DNA from: an uncultured Elusimicrobium sp.
GTDB taxonomy: Bacteria > Elusimicrobiota > Elusimicrobia > Elusimicrobiales > Elusimicrobiaceae
DNA length: 58,511 nucleotides
Assembly: GCA_902787065.1 (NCBI GenBank)
Contig: CADAFA010000001.1
Coordinates: forward strand, 1 to 58,511
Direction of reading: 5' to 3'
Part shown: piece after piece, positions 10,345 to 18,014 of the stretch
Numbering within the stretch: the first letter of the stretch is position 1
Layout: each line of letters begins with the position of its first letter
The notes under the pieces: model-generated
What the model saw: the letters and a program-made list of their open reading frames with translations, nothing else
Database searches by the model: none
Told to the model about the DNA's origin: nothing
Made by a program: the position numbers and the translations under genes

Positions 10345-11301
10345 ATGCCGTATCGTTTAATAAAACTACTACTAATATTTTTATTTTGCTTTTTAGGGCA
10401 AAATATTTTTGCTGTTACAGCAAAAGAAGAAGATGCTATCTTGCGTGATTTTGCCTGGCAAAAATTTATAGAACTACCAAAACAGGAACGATCAAAAGTA
10501 GGGGTAACTTTATCTGCCGGTGCTTTGCGAGGAGCTTCCCATATAGGGGTTATGGAAGTCTTATCCGAAGCCGGCCTTCCGATTGATTACATGTCAGGGG
10601 CTTCAATGGGATGTATAGTGGGTGCCTTATATAATGCAGGATTACCTTTGGAACACTTACAACATTTAGTAAACAATATAAACACAAATCATATTTCAAA
10701 AGACTTCAATATCGGCGGTATATTAAGATATTTATTTGCAGAGAAATTATTTTCTTCTGCTGAATTCCAAGAATTTATTGACAAAGAAGTAGGCTCCAAA
10801 AACTATGAAGATCTACCTATACCTTTTGCTTGCGTATCTGCAGATATTAAGACCGGTGAGAAGGTTATTTTTGACAGCGGTCCCTTATCTTTAGGTGTTA
10901 GGGCAAGCATGAATTTGCCGGGGATTTTTGAACCTGTAGAATACCGTCAAAGACTCTTAGTGGATGGCGGAATTGTGGATTATATGCCTGTGGATTTAGT
11001 TAAAAAAATGGGTGCTGATTTTATAATTGCGGTTTATGCTTTACCAAGTTTTGCCGGAACTAAACCGTCAAATGTTATGGGTTATGTCTTAAGAATAGGG
11101 GATTTAAGAGGTGCAGTTTTAACAGAAAATTCAGAAAGGCAGGCAGATTTTGTGATACTTTCCAGAGTCGGGGAAATCAGCTCTTCTGACCTATCAAAAA
11201 CAAATTTAGCTATAGAAATAGGGGCCTCTTCGGCTTATCAGGCTTTGCCTAAACTTAAAGAACAATTAATCATCAGCGGGGTTAATTATGTCTTTCAATA
11301 A
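10345..11301 (+). CDS. Patatin-like phospholipase
   Basis: Oxyanion GALRGASHIG, nucleophile elbow GASMG, catalytic Asp in LLVDGGIVD. Confidence 0.85.
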   Translation: MPYRLIKLLLIFLFCFLGQNIFAVTAKEEDAILRDFAWQKFIELPKQERSKVGVTLSAGALRGASHIGVMEVLSEAGLPIDYMSGASMGCIVGALYNAGLPLEHLQHLVNNINTNHISKDFNIGGILRYLFAEKLFSSAEFQEFIDKEVGSKNYEDLPIPFACVSADIKTGEKVIFDSGPLSLGVRASMNLPGIFEPVEYRQRLLVDGGIVDYMPVDLVKKMGADFIIAVYALPSFAGTKPSNVMGYVLRIGDLRGAVLTENSERQADFVILSRVGEISSSDLSKTNLAIEIGASSAYQALPKLKEQLIISGVNYVFQ

Positions 11302-12259
11302 AATATTTGTTTTATTCTTAATTACTTTATTCTTACCTTTACAAAGCGAAGCTTTTTTAGGAATAATAAAAAGATTTGACCAAAAACAAAAAATTACCGC
11401 CGCCCGTGAGGCCTATGCAAAAGGAAATTATCAGGAAGCCATAGAAATAGGCCAAAAATTTTTAACAGAAAACCAAGAAGCCCCAAAACGAAGGGCACGC
11501 CGTATTTACCTGGTGCTTGGAAATGCTTATGCCGCCCTTGATGACTATGACCATGCTCTATTAACCTATAATGAAGCCCTGGAAGTTTTACCAAAAGACC
11601 TTGAACTTAATTTAGCTTTAGCAAATTTATACTACAAAACAGAACTCTATGACAAAGCAATAGAATTTTACAACAGAGCTTTACAAATTGATAAAGATAA
11701 TCCAAAAGCTTTACTCGGTTTAGGCAGAGCTTATTTAAAGATAGGATTTTTATCTAAATCACGGCACTACTTTAAAGATTATTTAAATCAAAACAAAGAA
11801 AAAGATGCTTCTGTTTATTATGACTATGCAATATCTAATTTTCTGTCTAATAACTTAAATATGGCAATCGAATATGCACAAAAAGCACAAGAAATTGATA
11901 ACAATAACCCTGATATTTATTTCCTAATTGCAAAAATTCACAACAACTTAAATGAAAATAAAATGGCAAATGAAAATATTAACAAAGCCTTACAATTATC
12001 CGATAACAGGGAAGATATTTTATTAACTTCACTCCTTTGGAAAGCCTATAAAAAAGATACCGCAAATGATGCTCTAAAAGAAATTAAAGAATATCAAAAA
12101 CAAAATCCTAACAGCCAACTTGCTGTTTTTATTGAAGGTATATCTTTATTAACCCAAGGAAAAAAACAAAAAGCTTTAAGCATTTTTAAAAAAATAAAAG
12201 AACAAAATAATGATAGTTTTATCAAACAAATTGCAGAACAAATTATAAAAAATAATTGA
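11288..12259 (+). CDS. TPR-repeat protein (secreted)
   Basis: Signal peptide. Repeated A..Y..AL..dP.n..A...LG TPR units (e.g. ALANLYYKTELYDKAIEFYNRALQIDKDNPKALLGLGRAYL). Confidence 0.75.
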   Translation: MSFNKIFVLFLITLFLPLQSEAFLGIIKRFDQKQKITAAREAYAKGNYQEAIEIGQKFLTENQEAPKRRARRIYLVLGNAYAALDDYDHALLTYNEALEVLPKDLELNLALANLYYKTELYDKAIEFYNRALQIDKDNPKALLGLGRAYLKIGFLSKSRHYFKDYLNQNKEKDASVYYDYAISNFLSNNLNMAIEYAQKAQEIDNNNPDIYFLIAKIHNNLNENKMANENINKALQLSDNREDILLTSLLWKAYKKDTANDALKEIKEYQKQNPNSQLAVFIEGISLLTQGKKQKALSIFKKIKEQNNDSFIKQIAEQIIKNN

Positions 12260-12265
12260 GGGTTT

Positions 12266-13035
12266 ATGTTGCTTACTATTGACGTCGGAAACACACAAAT
12301 ATATTGCGGTATTTTAAAAAATAATAAGGTTAAAGCACGTTTCAGACATACTTCAAACGGTGCAGTTACCGCAGATGAACTAGGCATATTTTTATTAAAT
12401 GCTTTGACCGCAAACGGTATTAAAAAAATGCTATAAAACAAGTGGCAATATCTTCTGTAGTGCCGGCAATAACACGTTCAATTATACATTCAATTAAAAA
12501 ATATTTTGATTTAAATCCTTTTGTAATAGATGAAAAAACAAAAACAAAAATTTACTTTGATAACAGTACTATTAACGGCCTTGGGGCAGACAGAATCGCC
12601 GACATTGATGGGGCTTTTTACCTGTACCCAAAAACAAATTTGCTAATCATAGATTTTGGCACCGCAATAACTTTTGATGCCGTAGCAAAAGATGGTAAAT
12701 ATTTAGGTGGTGCAATTTGTGCAGGGCCGATGCTTTCAATGCGGGCATTAGCAGGCGGAACAGCTTTACTTTCTACTGTGGAAATTAAAAAACCAAAATA
12801 TGCTGCAGGCTTAACTACCGAAACCCAAATACAAACAGGTTTAGTTTTGGGTACCATCGGGCTTGTTAAGGAAATTGTTACCCGCCTAAAACAAGAGTGC
12901 TTTAAAAAAGAAAAATTTATTATTATCGGAACAGGCGGGCTCGGGCGTTTATTTGAAAAAGAAAATATTTTTGACTTATATGAACCGGACCTTATTTTGT
13001 TTGGCCTGTCCGCTTTAGTAAAGGCAAATAAATGA
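12266..13035 (+). pseudogene. coaX: Type III pantothenate kinase (CoaX), reading frame interrupted by a 1-nt frameshift in an A7 run
   Basis: 12266-12436 encodes MLLTIDVGNTQIYCGIL...GIKKML*, the ASKHA phosphate-1 motif DVGNT. 12442-13035 continues as ..AISSVVP....DRIAD....IIDFGTAITFD. One extra A in A7 (12422-12428) would give GIKKNAIKQVAISSVVP in a single 253-aa frame. Confidence 0.8.
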
Positions 13036-13427
13036 TATCAACTAAACCGACAATTTACTTAATTGACGCTTTAAATTTTTTAAGAAGTTTTTTGCAAGTT
13101 CCAAAGCAAGAGGAAGAAAAAACTTTACGTGCTCTAATTGCAGCCTTAAATGAGGCCGCAACTGAAGATTATAAAGGAACAACTTTTCGCTTAATTATAG
13201 ACGGCGGGTTTAGGAATATCGGCCCTACTTCGCCTGAAAATGTGGATGCCTTATTTTCAGAAGATCAAACCGCTGATGAAGTAATTTTAGAACAAGCAAT
13301 TTATTTAAAAAATTCCGCGCGGCGGGTTTGTGTGGTAACTTATGACCGCGGTATAACAAATACTTTGAGAGGGGAAGGAGTCAAAATTTTAAGTTGTGAA
13401 AAATTTTTTGATACTTTTCTCTCATAA
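13032..13427 (+). CDS. NYN-domain / YacP-like putative ribonuclease
   Basis: Pattern IYLIDALNF ... FRLIIDGG ... SEDQTADEVILEQ ... VCVVTYDRGI parallels YacP (LLVDGYN ... VVFDA ... ETADERIE ... VATSD). Confidence 0.5.
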   Translation: MISTKPTIYLIDALNFLRSFLQVPKQEEEKTLRALIAALNEAATEDYKGTTFRLIIDGGFRNIGPTSPENVDALFSEDQTADEVILEQAIYLKNSARRVCVVTYDRGITNTLRGEGVKILSCEKFFDTFLS

Positions 13428-13438
13428 TTTGCTAAAAT
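13408..13438 (+). promoter_or_regulatory. Putative promoter of tRNA-Leu(UAA) with extended -10 TGCTAAAAT
   Basis: TTGATA 13408-13413, TGC-TAAAAT 13430-13438. The 14-mer TTGCTAAAATATAT is shared with the tRNA-His upstream region. The -10 box ends 9 nt before the tRNA 5' end. Confidence 0.45.
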
Positions 13439-13447
13439 ATATGTGTT

Positions 13448-13531
13448 GGGCTGGTGGCGGAATTGGTAGACGCGTCAGACTTAAAATCTGATGATCGCAA
13501 GATCGTGGGGGTTCGAGTCCCCCCCTGCCCA
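13448..13531 (+). tRNA. tRNA-Leu (anticodon UAA)
   Basis: Manual cloverleaf: acceptor GGGCTGG/CCTGCCC (one T-T mismatch), D-arm GCGGAATTGGTAGACGC, anticodon arm TCAGA-CTTAAAA-TCTGA, long variable arm, T-arm GGGGG-TTCGAGT-CCCCC. No encoded CCA. Confidence 0.9.
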
Positions 13532-13551
13532 CACTTTTAAAATTAATTGCC

Positions 13552-13575
13552 GCCGCATAAAGCGGCTATTTTTTT
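13552..13575 (+). terminator. Small rho-independent terminator after tRNA-Leu
   Basis: GCCGC-ATAAA-GCGGC followed by TATTTTTTT. Confidence 0.5.
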
Positions 13576-13585
13576 AGGAGGCAAT

Positions 13586-14266
13586 ATGTTAGAAGATTTT
13601 ATAATAACTTTAAAAAAGACTTTTTCTTGGGTAACCACTATCTTGCCGCAAGGTATAAAATTTGCAATAAAAGTTTTAGCAGCAGCCATAATTTTCTGCA
13701 TTTTAGGCTTATTCTTTTTAGATGATATTTTTATGCCTCTTTCTTCTATTTGTTTAGTTCTGACAGTTTTTGTATTATTTTTCTTCCGTGACCCGGAACG
13801 GAAAACAAAATTTAATGAAAATGAAATAACTGCCCCTGCCGACGGTACTGTTTTATCTATCAAAACGGAAGGGGACCCAAATACTATAGTCGTCCGCATG
13901 TTCCTTTCAGTTTTTAATGTGCATGTACAACGCGCACCTGTCAGCGGCACAGTTATTGAAACAAAATACACAAAAGGCACTTTTCTTTTTGCCAATAACC
14001 CAAATGCCGATAGAAATGAGCGCAATTTAATTTCCTTTAATACCCCAAAAGGCGATATCACAATAGAACAAATAACCGGTGCTATTGCAAGACGCATTGA
14101 GTGCTGGGTTGAAAAAGGTCAAAAGGTTGATATAGGGCAGCGTGTTGGTTTTATTCGTTTTGGTTCCCAAGTCGCTTTATATTTACCCAAAGATAAAGTT
14201 ACTTTAACTGTCAAAGAGGGCCAATGCGTACAAGGTGGCCTCACCGTAATGGGGCTTTGGAGGTAA
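13586..14266 (+). CDS. psd: Phosphatidylserine decarboxylase (short, Psd-related proenzyme)
   Basis: AGGAGG RBS then ATG at 13586. Motifs FFRDPER, APADG, VHVQRAPVSG, and self-cleavage-type FGSQV near the C-terminus. Confidence 0.85.
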   Translation: MLEDFIITLKKTFSWVTTILPQGIKFAIKVLAAAIIFCILGLFFLDDIFMPLSSICLVLTVFVLFFFRDPERKTKFNENEITAPADGTVLSIKTEGDPNTIVVRMFLSVFNVHVQRAPVSGTVIETKYTKGTFLFANNPNADRNERNLISFNTPKGDITIEQITGAIARRIECWVEKGQKVDIGQRVGFIRFGSQVALYLPKDKVTLTVKEGQCVQGGLTVMGLWR

Positions 14267-14267
14267 T

Positions 14268-15044
14268 ATGGTAAATTTTCAAAAAGTTAAACACATGGGT
14301 ATTGTTACAATACCGTCCTTATTTACGATCGGCAATATCACTTGCGGATTTTTCTCCATACTTGCTTCTGTGGAAGGGGATTTTTATTTTGCAGGTATTT
14401 TGATTTTCGTCGCCATGCTTTTTGATGCTTTTGACGGGCGCGTTGCAAGGTTATTACATGCTGAATCTTCGTTTGGTGTAGAGATGGATTCTTTGGCAGA
14501 CTTAATTTCCTTTTGCGCAGCACCGGCCTTTTTGATTTATTACATTGCTTTAAGGGAAACATCTTTTGGTGCCCCTATTTCTTTTATCTTCATGCTTTTT
14601 GGTGCTATTCGTTTGGCTAAATTTAACGTGTTGGCAAATTCCGGTAAAGGGTCAAAAAAATACTTTTCCGGTTTACCTACACCGGCAGCGGCAGCAGTTT
14701 TAGTTTCCCTTGCCTTATCTTATGATGCCCTTTCTTTAGAAGAAGTCAGGAGGGTTTTACCGATAGCAAAAGTTTATATTCCCTACATTTTCAGTGCTGT
14801 ATCTTTGATAACTTTAGGGCTTGCGCTTTTGATGGTTTCAAATATTCCTTATGCTGCGTTTAAAAATAAACAAACGGGACAAAACAGGAAAGTTACACTT
14901 GGCAAATTTTTGTTTTTAGCGATTTTAATTATTTTATTCATCAAGTATCCGCAAGACATTATTTTTATAGTTTTCGGCCTATATGCTTTAATAGGTTTGA
15001 TAGTTGCTCTTGTACGTAAATTTATCAATTTAAACACAAAATAA
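14268..15044 (+). CDS. pssA: CDP-diacylglycerol--serine O-phosphatidyltransferase
   Basis: CDP-alcohol phosphatidyltransferase motif DAFDGRVARLLHAESSFGVEMDSLADLI. Polytopic membrane protein. Adjacent to psd. Confidence 0.85.
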   Translation: MVNFQKVKHMGIVTIPSLFTIGNITCGFFSILASVEGDFYFAGILIFVAMLFDAFDGRVARLLHAESSFGVEMDSLADLISFCAAPAFLIYYIALRETSFGAPISFIFMLFGAIRLAKFNVLANSGKGSKKYFSGLPTPAAAAVLVSLALSYDALSLEEVRRVLPIAKVYIPYIFSAVSLITLGLALLMVSNIPYAAFKNKQTGQNRKVTLGKFLFLAILIILFIKYPQDIIFIVFGLYALIGLIVALVRKFINLNTK

Positions 15045-15055
15045 ACTTTAACTAC

Positions 15056-15139
15056 GGGCGGGTGGCGGAATTGGCAGACGCGTACGGCTCAGGACCGTAT
15101 GTCCTAACGGACTTAGGGGTTCAAATCCCCTCTCGCCCA
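15056..15139 (+). tRNA. tRNA-Leu (anticodon CAG)
   Basis: Acceptor GGGCGGG/CTCGCCC (one G-U), D-arm GCGGAATTGGCAGACGC, anticodon arm TACGG-CTCAGGA-CCGTA, long variable arm, T-arm AGGGG-TTCAAAT-CCCCT. Starts 11 nt after the pssA stop with no own promoter seen. Confidence 0.9.
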
Positions 15140-15149
15140 AAATAAAAAT

Positions 15150-15176
15150 ACACCCTTTCGGGTGTTTTTTTATTTT
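15150..15176 (+). terminator. Rho-independent terminator (copy 1 of a duplicated 30-nt unit)
   Basis: ACACCC-TTTC-GGGTGT followed by TTTTTTATTTT. Confidence 0.7.
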
Positions 15177-15334
15177 CGGCTGCGCAATGCCAACTGCTTG
15201 GCATTGCGGGGGATTTGAAGGGCGGAGCGATGTTTTTGTTTGAAGCACGAAGTGCTGAAAGGCAAAAACCGCGAGCCCAGGGGTGGAGGAAAATTCCGTC
15301 AGGAATTTTACCGTAACCCAAATCCCCTCTTAAT
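15177..15334 (+). ncRNA. Candidate structured small RNA of unknown class
   Basis: Markedly more GC-rich than its surroundings. 11-bp hairpin 15183-15193/15198-15208. Closing helix GGGGATTTG 15209-15217 / CAAATCCCC 15319-15327. Inner helices GTTTTTG/CAAAAAC (15232-38/15263-69), AGCAC/GTGCT (15244-48/15252-56) and AAAATTCC/GGAATTTT (15290-97/15302-09). Followed by its own terminator copy. Confidence 0.35.
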
Positions 15335-15362
15335 ACACCCTTTCGGGTGTTTTTTTATTTTT
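15335..15362 (+). terminator. Rho-independent terminator (copy 2, identical to 15150-15176)
   Basis: ACACCC-TTTC-GGGTGT-TTTTTTATTTTT. Preceded by CAAATCCCCTCT, which duplicates the tRNA-Leu(CAG) T-arm 3' side. Confidence 0.6.
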
Positions 15363-15380
15363 CTGAGAGTAGTGTGACAA

Positions 15381-15878
15381 CTAAATTTTTATTATACAAC
15401 CGCTATGATAACCTGTGGGAAAATTATTTTTGATTGTATTATTACATATTTTACGACAAATTTTTTCTTTAATTTCTCTTGATAAAGTACTATTGCCAAA
15501 GGGCCCATTATAGTAATAACAAAAAAATTCACCTAAAAGTATTTGTTCCCATTCCTCATAAGCATAACCTATACGTATATCAGTTTTATTGTTACGAAGA
15601 ATTACGTGGCTATTACTAATATCATAATATGTAATATCTGCCATAATAGGCAAATCTATATCTAATAAATCTATTCTGTCAGCATATTCCCCTTTCACTA
15701 AATAATAACGTTGTTGTGCTTCAGCAATATTTTTAATTATACTCATTTGTGTTTTTGTTTTTACCAAGTTTACTACATAATAATACTGCGGCAGTGCAAT
15801 TGCCGCTAAAATACCGATAATTAAAACTACTACTAATAATTCTAACAATGTAAAACCTTTCTTATTATTTTTTATCAT
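15381..15878 (-). CDS. Prepilin-type N-terminal cleavage/methylation-domain protein (pilin-like paralog)
   Basis: MIKNNKKG/FTLLELLVVVLIIGILAAIALPQY with Gly-1, Phe+1, Glu+5. AGGAG 11 nt upstream of the ATG at 15878. The ORF-track GTG at 15890 abuts the RBS. Confidence 0.8.
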   Translation of the reverse strand: MIKNNKKGFTLLELLVVVLIIGILAAIALPQYYYVVNLVKTKTQMSIIKNIAEAQQRYYLVKGEYADRIDLLDIDLPIMADITYYDISNSHVILRNNKTDIRIGYAYEEWEQILLGEFFCYYYNGPFGNSTLSREIKEKICRKICNNTIKNNFPTGYHSGCIIKI

Positions 15879-15935
15879 ACTTATAAACACTCCTAAATTG
15901 ATTCATACAGCGTTTTTAATTTAACTGTATACTAT

Positions 15936-15964
15936 ATTGTACAGAAAAAAAAAAAAAAAAACAA
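15936..15964 (-). promoter_or_regulatory. Pilin-paralog promoter with T17 spacer tract
   Basis: Minus strand reads TTGTTT (15964-15959), 17-nt spacer made of 14 further T of the tract plus CTG, then TACAAT (15941-15936). T17 spans 15945-15961. The downstream leader TACAATATAGTATACAGTTAAATTAAAAACGCT matches 37588-37620. Confidence 0.5.
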
Positions 15965-16081
15965 AACTGAGTATAAAAAACCCAGCTAATATTTTTGAGG
16001 AAATTTTGATTTTTACCGCTAGTAATTGTGAAAGTAAAACTGTAATGTGCGAAAATGTTACGACATTACACAAAATATTAT

Positions 16082-17989
16082 TTACCGTTTTTCTTGCAAA
16101 TTAATATCTTCGGCTTTCAGAAGTGTTTCTTCCAAATTCTTGCGGCGGCTTTCCATCTGCAGGGGAATATTTTTTTGCGCCCATTTTGGATTTTCAAAAT
16201 ATAAAACACCTTCGGCAATACTTGAAGCAAGCAAATCAATAAAACGCTGGCGCTTTAAAAGTTCTTCCTGCCAAGGTACCATCATGTATAAACTTTCAAT
16301 AAGCAAAGCCGGCACTTGCGGCATACCGCGAACTACGGCAAAATCTGCCTGCAAATACCCGTTATCCGGAAGGCCGATATTTTTTGCAAAACTTTTCTCC
16401 ATCGCTTTTGCGAGCGGTATACCTTGCTGATAATAGTAATAAAAAGAAAACCCAAGTTCGCGCTTAAGTGGATTAATAGTATCAGGCAAAGCATTTAAAT
16501 GCAAACTTAAAAATAAATCAGGTTCCAATAAAGAGGCGCGGTAAGTCCTGTCACTTAAACCTAGCGTTTCTTTTTTATCTTTTGTAAGGAAAACCAAAGC
16601 CCCGTATTTTTCAAGTTCACGTTTTACGGCAAGGGCAATTTTATAATTCATTTCATATTCAAGCAAACCGCTGGGCCCAACAGCACCGTCATAAGGTACT
16701 ATTCTTTTTGGGGAGTGGCCCGGATCCAAAACAACACGTAAATTTTTAAGCGGCTGCTTATTCGTAAACTTAAAATCGCGGGAAGTGAAAAGTTCAAAAA
16801 TCAAATTATTTTCTTCGTACTTATAGTTAAAACCGCGCAAGCGTTTACCACTTTGAAAGCGTGCGGTAATTTTTTTAGTAGTAGGTGATACAACCCCATA
16901 ATCAAGCCCATTAACAAGTTTTGTTTTTACATTTGTGTTAAAGGTATTTATCGCTTGAGTGTTATATAAAATTATGCTAAAAGACTGGTCTGTTTGAGAA
17001 GTAGCAAAACTTACACGCTCCGTATTTTTTATAATTATTTTTGTTTTATTCCCATCTTCTTCCGCAACAACTTGCCAGACTATATTATTGGGAAGATTAA
17101 TCTTTTTTTGCGTATTAAGCAAAGTTTGGTCCAGGTAACCTATTTTGTTGCCATCTAAGATAACTTTATAAAAACCCTCAATTTCCCCTTCAGTTAGGAC
17201 GGTGTTAAAAATACGGGTTTGATAATCATAACCGCCACTATTGTTTGGTTGTAGACGCAAACGTAAATTTTGACCGCGCACTTTTGCGGGTTTTAAAATT
17301 TCTGTTTCAGGTAAAATTTTTAACTTACCCTCAGCGGAAATTTTATCTTTATATTTCCCGCCGTAAGTATAAATACGGTAAACAGGTTTTTTGGCATTTC
17401 TTAGGATTTTACCTTCGCCTAAAATTACAGTCTTTTTATATATGTTTGGGTTTAAAACATCTTCGTTTAATTCCATTTCATTAAAAAGCGGAGGCAGGGA
17501 AACCGTAACTTTATGGTAAGGGCTTGCTTCAACTTGAAAAGTAATTTCAGAAGTATTTGAAAGTTCACTATCCCCTTTGGGGAAAGCACTGCCTTCAAGT
17601 AAACGAGGAGCTTTAAAATAGGCCTCTTTATCAATACCTTGTACTTCAACTTTACGGACTGCTTGGTAAGTTTTTTCACCATCGGAATATTCAAGAACAA
17701 GATCATTTGCGCCGGCTTTTACAGGGACATAACCCAAATAAGCACCGGTTGAATATAAATCAATTTTTTGACCGTTTATTGTTAAAAGGCCGGGGCCTAA
17801 AGTTTTCCCGAAAATAAAAATACCTTTTGCGCCTTCGCTTATTTTTGCCCCCTCAGGAGGATATTCAACAGTTATCGGATAAATTTTACCCGGGTGTTTT
17901 TCCCTAACTTCAAGGCTTGGGGCAACGGGTAAAGCAAAAATTTTACCTGCTAAAAATAACAAAAAAAACAAAAAAGGTATTTTATTCAT
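16082..17989 (-). CDS. N-acetylmuramoyl-L-alanine amidase (Amidase_3 C-terminal domain) with long N-terminal beta-rich region
   Basis: Signal peptide. C-terminal VVLDPGHSP...DGAVGPSGLLEYEMNYKIALAVKRELEKYGALVFLTKD...FLSLHLNA... Confidence 0.8.
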   Translation of the reverse strand: MNKIPFLFFLLFLAGKIFALPVAPSLEVREKHPGKIYPITVEYPPEGAKISEGAKGIFIFGKTLGPGLLTINGQKIDLYSTGAYLGYVPVKAGANDLVLEYSDGEKTYQAVRKVEVQGIDKEAYFKAPRLLEGSAFPKGDSELSNTSEITFQVEASPYHKVTVSLPPLFNEMELNEDVLNPNIYKKTVILGEGKILRNAKKPVYRIYTYGGKYKDKISAEGKLKILPETEILKPAKVRGQNLRLRLQPNNSGGYDYQTRIFNTVLTEGEIEGFYKVILDGNKIGYLDQTLLNTQKKINLPNNIVWQVVAEEDGNKTKIIIKNTERVSFATSQTDQSFSIILYNTQAINTFNTNVKTKLVNGLDYGVVSPTTKKITARFQSGKRLRGFNYKYEENNLIFELFTSRDFKFTNKQPLKNLRVVLDPGHSPKRIVPYDGAVGPSGLLEYEMNYKIALAVKRELEKYGALVFLTKDKKETLGLSDRTYRASLLEPDLFLSLHLNALPDTINPLKRELGFSFYYYYQQGIPLAKAMEKSFAKNIGLPDNGYLQADFAVVRGMPQVPALLIESLYMMVPWQEELLKRQRFIDLLASSIAEGVLYFENPKWAQKNIPLQMESRRKNLEETLLKAEDINLQEKR

Positions 17990-18014
17990 ACTAATAAAAT
18001 GATAACATAATTAT

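Noticed and set aside
12094-12441. 115-aa minus-strand ORF
   Set aside because: It is antisense to the 3' end of the TPR gene and to the newly recognised coaX 5' fragment (12266-12436), which has a diagnostic DVGNT motif.
13543-14097. 184-aa minus-strand ORF
   Set aside because: It is fully antisense to psd, which has a clear RBS and the catalytic FGS motif. It also runs through the tRNA-Leu terminator. It is a shadow ORF.
15048-15321. Two 66-aa minus-strand ORFs
   Set aside because: They overlap tRNA-Leu(CAG), its terminator and the GC-rich structured segment. The open frames are better explained by the GC-rich RNA-like sequence than by coding.
15140-15362. Integrated prophage or genomic island at tRNA-Leu(CAG)
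   Set aside because: The duplicated tRNA 3' fragment suggests an att site, but only about 145 nt lie between the copies and no integrase or other cargo is present. I kept it as a possible scar within the ncRNA finding rather than calling a mobile element.
16047-16498. Plus-strand ORFs (127 aa and 60 aa) inside the amidase gene
   Set aside because: They lie antisense within a well-supported 635-aa CDS carrying an Amidase_3 motif. They have no RBS, and their Arg/Ser/Cys-rich composition is typical of shadow frames.
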